This document shows, in pieces, positions 57,087 through 64,000 of a stretch of 64,000 bases of DNA. The stretch comes from a virus, in the IMG/VR virus record IMGVR_UViG_3300036832_001373, positions 32,001 through 96,000 of that record; one strand, given 5' to 3'. Made by a program: the position numbers and the translations under genes. Position 1 is the stretch's first letter. Every line of letters starts with the position of its first letter. The notes under the pieces are model-generated. The model did not search any database. It saw only the letters and a list, made by a program, of their open reading frames with translations, and was not told where the DNA came from.

Positions 57087-57836
57087 TTAAAGGGACAGTT
57101 GTTGAACTGAACCAAGAGAAGTTGATCCGCTTGGAGAAGTAACTAAATTAGGACCAACTCTTCCTTCAGTCAAGGATAGACGACCTACTGAGAAAGCCTG
57201 AGAGATTCTACTTCTACCAGGACTTTCGTAATCTAAGTGAAGAGTTCCAGTAGTAGTTGGAAAACAGTACTTATACCAAAATGTATAAACCATATTGCTT
57301 TGCATATCTTGAATATAAACATAAATAGATTGCCAATAATTTATTGGGTACATATAAGTTCCATCATCTATTCCAGTAGATGGAGTATAAGGTCTAATTA
57401 ATCTCTTCCAAGCTTGAACATATTCTAGAGGGGTACAAGCAACTATATTTCCACTATCGTCTGTATATGCGTCATTATATAGTTCCATAAGTAATTCTGA
57501 TGTGTCAAAAAAGTCTGCTACAAACATATGTCTTCCACCAATTGGGTGAGGCTCAGCTTGAGTATTATCAAAACTAAGAGTTACAGCTTGAACTATAGGT
57601 CTCTTGACCGTTACTCCTTGAGTGCTTGCAATTGGAGGAAGAATAACGTCGAATTTAAATATTCTATGAGGTTCAGGTATTGCTTCAGCATGATAGGTAC
57701 CAATAGTTATTTGACCATTGGTACCTAGAGTACCAGTAAAATTACCAGCTTGAGGGGATAACAGTATAGGACTAGAAACTGGTAACGTTACATCAGTTGC
57801 AGTTACACTAGGTAGAATTGGAACTGGAATGGGCAT
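57087..57836 (-). CDS. Tail tube-like protein 2
   Basis: YVQAWKRLI...CFPTT.G.L.LDY, gp19-like pattern. Confidence 0.7.
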   Translation of the reverse strand: MPIPVPILPSVTATDVTLPVSSPILLSPQAGNFTGTLGTNGQITIGTYHAEAIPEPHRIFKFDVILPPIASTQGVTVKRPIVQAVTLSFDNTQAEPHPIGGRHMFVADFFDTSELLMELYNDAYTDDSGNIVACTPLEYVQAWKRLIRPYTPSTGIDDGTYMYPINYWQSIYVYIQDMQSNMVYTFWYKYCFPTTTGTLHLDYESPGRSRISQAFSVGRLSLTEGRVGPNLVTSPSGSTSLGSVQQLSL

Positions 57837-57840
57837 GGGA

Positions 57841-58389
57841 TTAAATGTTAATTGTTCCTACATCAGAGATTTTATCTATATCAGTGTAGTCGAAACTCCA
57901 GGTAATGCTTGGAGCAACAGCACGGCTTTCAGCCATTGACAGAGCAATTGCTGGATTTCCGATTGGGAAGACTCCGTAGAGAGTAGTTTTGATAGTCTTG
58001 GTTCCTGGATTATCATATTGTTGAATAGCTGCGGTGGACGAGATATCCTTTTTATTACCTCCTTTTCCTGTTATCCAGTTATAACATAGTTTCATCCAGG
58101 AAGCTATTGCAACTTGGATGTCTCCATCTACACCTTCTACTAGTGTGGTAGTCCAAGTATGGTGGAACCTAGCTCTACCAGAGTACTCAAGAGTAAATCC
58201 AGCTAGGTCAACTGGTACCTGGTCTATACCTATTCCTGGAATCTCCGTAGCAGTACAACGGAGACTCATGATCTGCGTCATCTGACCACCAATAGCTGCT
58301 CCTTTAGGAGTGATGGTCATCTGAAATTGATACCCTTTAAAGGGATCAACTAGAGCTTCTATGTCCTCAACTCTGGTGTCACCAGCCAC
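57841..58389 (-). CDS. Tail tube protein (T4 gp19-like)
   Basis: CTATEIPG, GRARFHHTWT, LYGVFP, WSFDY; GAGGAG RBS, GTG start. Confidence 0.85.
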   Translation of the reverse strand: MAGDTRVEDIEALVDPFKGYQFQMTITPKGAAIGGQMTQIMSLRCTATEIPGIGIDQVPVDLAGFTLEYSGRARFHHTWTTTLVEGVDGDIQVAIASWMKLCYNWITGKGGNKKDISSTAAIQQYDNPGTKTIKTTLYGVFPIGNPAIALSMAESRAVAPSITWSFDYTDIDKISDVGTINI

Positions 58390-58442
58390 GTTCGTACTCC
58401 TCTATTAAGTTAGATGTCTTCTTGAACTTAGAAGTTCAGGAT

Positions 58443-61131
58443 TTAACCAGTCGTAGCTCCGAGTAGATTGAACCCAGCCAACGCCTGAATCACGGAGAAA
58501 TTAACTCCTGTGGCTGTGATAATATTCTGCAGCTGAATAAATTCAGCCGCTTTCTCTGGTTGTAGATAAATATCAACGTTTAGTTGGTTCATATCTATAA
58601 CTTGTGGAGGATTGTTGGTCTCATCGCAAACCGTCTTATAGGCATAGAGACCATTCTGAGCCTGAACAAGAGATAGATATTGGTTTAGAGCGTTTGTTAT
58701 ATCTAGACGAGTATATTGGTTGTTTAGTTCGAATAGCTTGAACTTCAAGAACTGTTTTGCAGCACGTTCAATCGTTATGATACAACGACGAACGTTGATT
58801 CTATCAAGGGCAGATGGCTTGGACTGTTGAGTCTTTTGACCAAAGACTACAATACCATCTCCAGGAGAGAAGATAAGAGGATTGATATTCACAGGATTTT
58901 GATAGAGAGCCTCTATATCTCCGATTGCATCGTAACGAACCGTGACATCTACTGGAGGCAGAGTTTGTGATCTTATAACGCCACGATTATAACCAGCAGG
59001 AGCATACCAAGGATATGCCTGGTTATCAGTTCTAGCCATCACCTGAGCAATAAATCCAGACGGAGGAATTGGCATACCAGCTATATCATTATAGCTATCG
59101 TATACCTTAACCCAAGGTGAGTAGAGAGCACAGAAGCTAGACTCGATATTCTGATAGTTTAGCCTCCAGTCAGAAGCCATAGTGATAGGAGTTATCTCAA
59201 CTTTGTTGTAGGGTATGTCGAAGACAGCGAAACAGTCTCGACGTCTCTCAACAAGAGCTTGCATAGATTCTTGGACAGACCAGTCGATATCAGAGACGTA
59301 TCCACCGTTGATAAGTATATTCATATCAACGTATGCAGCATTTCCATACAACTGCCAACCCTGGATAATGTCTCCAGAAGTAACAGGCTGACCATCACTA
59401 CCCATAGTTAGAGGAACTTTGGTTGTGGTAAATGCTGGCATCACATTCTGATCTAGATCAACGTTATCGAATACTCTAATAAAGTTAGAGTATCCGTTGA
59501 TCGCAGTCTCTAGATACATGTTATTTCCATAACCATCTTTCTTATTCTTAATTCTGGAGACATCCCAGACTTCTCTGGTAATGTCAATCCCATTTTGATT
59601 TTCATATACAACTAGTTGGAACCCTTCCGGATCCCAGAGAGTCTGGATTATTGATATCTTGAGATTGTTAGCCCAGACACCTGGATTTTCAGCATAGATC
59701 ATAAAGGCGGTATTACCGGAGTCTGAGCCGATAAAGTTAGCCGAAATTGTTATTCCAGTTCCTGGAGCATTGACGAATGTGATCTCCAAAGCTCCATCAT
59801 CAGCTACTAGAGTACCTGTCTGAATTCCTTGACCAGAGACGTTACCTAAACTATCTACCGTAACTGGGATCGTAGTGGTTCCAACTGCGATCGATAGAAG
59901 TTGAACGATAGGTGCTGGAGCTAGAGTAGCAGCAAACGTTGGAGTTAAGTTATCACCAGTACCAATTTCCTGGTTGACTGAAACTGGGAAGTACTCTGGA
60001 GTTTCAGTCGGAACTCCCTGAGCGATTGGAGTAGACGGATTAGCTGACGTGAAGGTAGCAGCAATCTGAGCTCCACTTGCAGGAGGAGTATCGAAAGTAA
60101 CGTGAATAACACCAGACACGTAGTCGATATCACCAGAGGTAATGCCAGTTCCAACGATAGAACCACCTCCGTCTGCTGTAGTATATCTGGCCGTGATAAC
60201 GTTATTTAGAGCAGGAGCAGCAGAGAAAGTAACTGTTAGTGCCCCAGTAACTTTATTTATAGTACCAGAAACTAGTCCAACACCAGTAACGTTACCTAGA
60301 CTATCAACCGTACAATCTATCTGAGTAGCTCCATTCATAATAGTTAACAAAGTTCCTATAGGAGCAGGAGCCAAATGAGAAGTAAAAGTAGTTGTAGTAC
60401 CATCGCCAGTACCTATCTGGCTCTGATTGTAAACAGATACGTCGATCTGAGTAGCACCTACGTGAATTGCATTTAGAGATTGGAGAGGTACTGGACCTAA
60501 GATACCTGCAAAGATTCTAAAACTTGCATTACCAACTGCGAATACTTGAGTTACGATTTGAGATATACCTGTTTTATTTATGATGACACCAGCATATGCG
60601 CCATTGACACACACTCTAGTGAAGTATAACTGAGTCATCTCTTCTAGAGCACACAAACCACAGTACATAGCGTAACCGTAGTTTACATTAGGTGCTCCAT
60701 TGATAGTTACTAACGCTTGAGTATTAGTAAATAATACTCTTTTGTTGACTGGTCCTCTCGCAGCTTGACCTACGATAGCTCCTACCGAGGTAGCTTGATT
60801 TTGGACTATTGCTGATAGATCTACGTCTCGTGCGTATACCGTTTATGTTCGCTAGAGTTCGCTACTCTCTAACCGTTCCTTTGAGGAACCGCTCATGGTT
60901 ACCCATGAGACCAGACTATATCATCAACCACTAGGGTTGTGTGGTGCTTCGGACCGCTTGGCCCTACTCCCTTACGGGATAGTCGTTGAACCTTCCTACC
61001 AAAGATGGTAGGCTCGGCTTCGGATTGTCCTGACTCGCTTATCCAGGAGTTCCCCGAAATTCTCCACATTGTCATTAGCGAATTGCTTCGCTACGGGGCT
61101 AATAGTAACCCGGGGCGGTATAGACGGCCAT
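58443..61131 (-). CDS. Tail sheath protein, spliced: join(61131..61108, 60839..58443), ~806 aa
   Basis: Spliced N-terminus MAVYTAPG|VYARDVDLS; WYAPAGYNRG, SALDRINVRR, FELN, AEFI. Confidence 0.93.
60840..61107 (-). ncRNA. ORF-less group I intron (268 nt, subgroup IA-like) in sheath gene
   Basis: Exon ends in U, intron ends in G; P1 CGGGU/GCCC; P7 GACUA/UAGUC within UCAACGACUA and GAUAUAGUCU; splicing restores frame. Confidence 0.93.
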
Positions 61132-61156
61132 TTTGGCCTCCTTCTAAGCAACGTAG

Positions 61157-61900
61157 CTACCTTTCTCTGTAAGGCCAAGTTTCTTCTGTCCAAACAGAAA
61201 AAGGAATCTTATTGTCTAGTGACCACTTAGTAGCCTCTAGAAGCTTTAGTTTTACTGTTAAGTCTAACAACTTTCTTTTTGGCTTAATCTCAATAAGTTC
61301 TCTAGAGTCGTCAATATATTCAACTAATATATCTGGAATGTAGTGTTTTTCAACTCCTTCTAAAGAGTACGGAATTCTAAAAGGATTTATTTTAAATGTT
61401 CTCACGTTTTCATCATTATCTAAGTGTGCAAAAGCACGTAACTCCCAGGACGATTGATAATATATACGACCAGTCTTCTTAGAAAAATACCATCCTTTTA
61501 TCTTGGATGTCTTACCTCCTCTAATAAGAGCACCTACTGTACGATTCCAGTACTCCGGATCTTTTCTTAACTCTTCTTTTGTAGCATTTCTTCTCTCAAT
61601 TGAATGAGGAAGATTGAATCCACCTCTGGAATTTCCTTTTAACGACTCTGAAATCTTACCATCTTTATTACACTGAGAAGCTACGTAACTTTGTCTACAA
61701 TTGTAACATCTTCCACCCTTAAATCGATAAGTTAGTCCATAAAAAGTCAAGTCTTTACCGCAGCCTATACATTTATCTTCGTTTGTAAACATCATATGTT
61801 TTCTAAAATAATTCTCAACTGAGAAATGACGTTGAACTATATGTAGTCCTAAAGACTTCCAACTTTTGAAGTCTTTAGGACATTCTTTACAAGAGATCAT
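61157..61900 (-). mobile_element. Zn-finger + TnsA-like PD-(D/E)XK endonuclease (free-standing HEG candidate; gp4-like nuclease is the alternative)
   Basis: CKEC..H...H, CIGC..CYNC; YQSSWE...IPY..HYIPDILV..IEIKP. Confidence 0.7.
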
Positions 61901-61930
61901 TGTCCTATCCTCTCTTACAGTTAACTAACT

Positions 61931-61960
61931 GTAAACGTTTGAGAAGATAGTTTCCCTAGG
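61931..61960 (-). promoter_or_regulatory. Promoter-like motif copy 5 (upstream of the TnsA-like gene)
   Basis: Minus strand CCTAGGG-aaactatcttctcaa-ACGTTTAC. Confidence 0.72.
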
Positions 61961-61964
61961 TTAA

Positions 61965-62144
61965 TCAGGCCGAGGGAGATGTAGAGGGATCTTTGATCAC
62001 TCTAACTCCAGGCGGCAATTTAGTACGATTGACTGTAGTTGGAATTGTAATCTTAGACTTAGGAGGAACCCAATATGAATGCTCATCGTCTGCTTTAACT
62101 GATACTTGAGCATCATTCCGATTGTAGATTGTAGTTGAGGTCAT
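61965..62144 (-). CDS. Small hypothetical protein (59 aa)
   Basis: AGGAG RBS; MTSTTIYNRNDAQVSV...LPPGVRV. Confidence 0.6.
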   Translation of the reverse strand: MTSTTIYNRNDAQVSVKADDEHSYWVPPKSKITIPTTVNRTKLPPGVRVIKDPSTSPSA

Positions 62145-62183
62145 AGTTCTAAACTCCTAAGTTGTGTTGTAGCTTTGAGATGT

Positions 62184-63998
62184 CTACTTTAATGCATAAG
62201 GAAATAGTGGATATATACCCGAGACAGCCGAGGTTGTATTCATAGTAATTGATCCTTCTCCACCAGCTGTACCATTCGTAACTGCAGTTAGAGTAGCTCC
62301 AAATTGAGCTAGAGGATAGGAAAACCCAGGAGCCGTAGGAGCAGGAGTTGTTGAGTTGTAATTCCAATTAATACCGTACCAAATATCACCAACCGAGTAA
62401 TACGTCGCTAGATCCGTTCCATTACCATCTCCTCTATGAACGTGTGATATGGTAGCACTACCAGAAGTAAATGTACCATACTCAAGTTGAGCAGGAATCC
62501 AAACTCCTGTCTTGATAATTATAGTATAACCAGTTAATGCCGTGTCTGGATTAAGATTTGAAACAAATGTCGAATTCCCAAGAGTATCAACTAGGATATT
62601 ATTTTGCTGCTGAGTAGTTACAGGCACATACCCACCGCCACCACCAACGTTCGCTCCTACTATAGTAACAAGAAAGATGGTTCCAGTATTCTGATGATAT
62701 AACAAATCTCCAGGAGAGAGTTTAAAAGCACTACCGGAAACCATCAAAGATTGATCAAAGTGGAAAGTCATCGTATCAGCATTACCAGGATACGTAACAG
62801 TACCGCCTCCACCTACTGTAGTCATATCTACGAGGTACTCTACTGGTACAGCCATATTCCACAAACGATATTGACTATCTTGATATAGATAACTTGCTTG
62901 ACTCATTTGTCGTCTAGATAGAGAAATCGATCTATTAATGATACTATCATGTATCAAAGTACCCTGAGTACTGGTAGGAGTCTGAAACCAAGTCCCTTTC
63001 AGATTATTAATCTGTAGACTTCTAGTCCCTCCTGGATTAAAACGACAAGGGCCAAGAATCATGCCACCGCAATAGTTCACTGCCTGTTGATGAACTACGT
63101 CCTGAGTCTGGAGATTTCCTAATCCATTGATAGCACTCTGCCAGCTACCTCCATTAATTGTGAGGAAACCATATTTATCATTAAGAGTAGTTATCCGCGA
63201 GTAGCCATTAACTATTACGTTAGTTAAGATCACATCAGCAGAAGCTGACATCATGGAATGTGGGATGCACCCATGCCCGTTGTCCTCATTAAAACCAAAC
63301 GTACAATCGGAGACGTGCACGGCTGATGTAAAACTACCTCCAGAAAAATCACCAAGTCTTACTACGTCTTCGACATAAATATGAGAGATTTTTACAGGGC
63401 CTGCAGTCCCTAGATACAAATCAGCAATGTTATATCCCTGTCCTCCAGCGTTATTTTCTATAGGACCATATATACCTCCTCCCTCAGCACCAAACTTGTT
63501 GTTACATATAAAAGTATGGCAGTATTGCCACATATTATTTCGAATTTCTACAGACCTTGATTGTGTGTTGGCTATGCAAATGGCATATGGCGCACATGTT
63601 ACAGTACAATCACGTATATGAGTAAAATCTGCGTTTCCATCTCCGTTAGGTTGATTTACAATATCAACTCCAAAACCATCAACCTCAGTTTCTTCTATAT
63701 GAACTTGACTAGAAGACCATGTAGGAATGGTACCCCCTCCCCAATTACCAGGAGTCGTCGCATTACCTCCAGGAGTGGTTGAAGGAGTATAAGTAAACTG
63801 CGTACCATTTGAAAGAACATTGCAGTTATATATGCCATTATAACTGCTAGGAACAGCATTAATTATTTGCAGCCATGTTGGTACAGCTGAAAGACCATGT
63901 GGATTCACAGCCGTAGCAGTCGCTGTAGTCCCAGATATAGTAATAGAAGACAAAGCAGCAGTAGCCCACCCATTTGGGTGATTATACCCTCCAGATAT
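62184..63998 (-). CDS. Tailspike/beta-helix structural protein, 5'-truncated by window
   Basis: Frame open to window edge; beta-helix-like repeats; TATA..PHGL...YNG.Y...TQFTY beta-sandwich insert. Confidence 0.7.
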   Translation of the reverse strand: MSGGYNHPNGWATAALSSITISGTTATATAVNPHGLSAVPTWLQIINAVPSSYNGIYNCNVLSNGTQFTYTPSTTPGGNATTPGNWGGGTIPTWSSSQVHIEETEVDGFGVDIVNQPNGDGNADFTHIRDCTVTCAPYAICIANTQSRSVEIRNNMWQYCHTFICNNKFGAEGGGIYGPIENNAGGQGYNIADLYLGTAGPVKISHIYVEDVVRLGDFSGGSFTSAVHVSDCTFGFNEDNGHGCIPHSMMSASADVILTNVIVNGYSRITTLNDKYGFLTINGGSWQSAINGLGNLQTQDVVHQQAVNYCGGMILGPCRFNPGGTRSLQINNLKGTWFQTPTSTQGTLIHDSIINRSISLSRRQMSQASYLYQDSQYRLWNMAVPVEYLVDMTTVGGGGTVTYPGNADTMTFHFDQSLMVSGSAFKLSPGDLLYHQNTGTIFLVTIVGANVGGGGGYVPVTTQQQNNILVDTLGNSTFVSNLNPDTALTGYTIIIKTGVWIPAQLEYGTFTSGSATISHVHRGDGNGTDLATYYSVGDIWYGINWNYNSTTPAPTAPGFSYPLAQFGATLTAVTNGTAGGEGSITMNTTSAVSGIYPLFPYALK

Positions 63999-64000
63999 AA

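Noticed and set aside
58420-58441. Hairpin between sheath and tube genes as terminator
   Set aside because: AT-rich stem with no U-tract on the coding strand; at most a processing/stability element
58443-60668. ORF-track start of the sheath at 60668, and ORF 60996-61193
   Set aside because: The frame is open to 60839 and the true start is 61131 via splicing; the small ORF merely overlaps exon 1 and the intron
1-64000. TAG stop-codon reassignment suggested by TAG/CTAG richness
   Set aside because: Genes are full length and tightly packed under the standard code, and several end in TAG
1-64000. CRISPR array, tRNA genes, reverse transcriptase/DGR, integrase
   Set aside because: No regularly spaced repeats, cloverleafs, RT or recombinase motifs seen; fibre similarity is whole-gene paralogy, not an adenine-specific TR/VR pair

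Overview
This is a 64 kb segment of a large, AT-rich, contractile-tailed (myovirus-type) dsDNA phage. Its host is probably an alphaproteobacterium, judging from a GcrA-like gene and a LabA/NYN-like gene. The + strand (1-37279) carries replication, recombination and nucleotide genes: type IIA topoisomerase A subunit, SF2 helicase, split SbcCD, NAD ligase, primase, an HD/ThyX-like/NDT/Nmad1-like cluster, SSB, RecA, FEN, UDG, PolA, RusA, DnaB and terminase. The - strand (37276-64000) carries tail genes: two paralogous fibres, baseplate, tape measure, chaperone, tubes, sheath and a tailspike. Highlights read directly from the sequence: (1) an ORF-less group I intron after codon 8 of the sheath gene, beside a free-standing TnsA-like nuclease; (2) a five-copy bipartite promoter-like motif (T/A)AGGG-N15-ACGTTDAC; (3) a ~400 nt highly structured intergenic RNA candidate; (4) a probable +1 frameshift at TTT TTT CCC A in the tail chaperone; (5) an SbcD-SbcC fusion split by an endonuclease; (6) a diglycine-ending ubiquitin-like protein with a Cys-containing partner gene; (7) a candidate base-modification cluster, alongside conspicuous CTAG/palindrome abundance; (8) a GC-rich hairpin and phased A-tract origin-like locus. 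All protein calls rest on motif recognition by eye; no searches were run.
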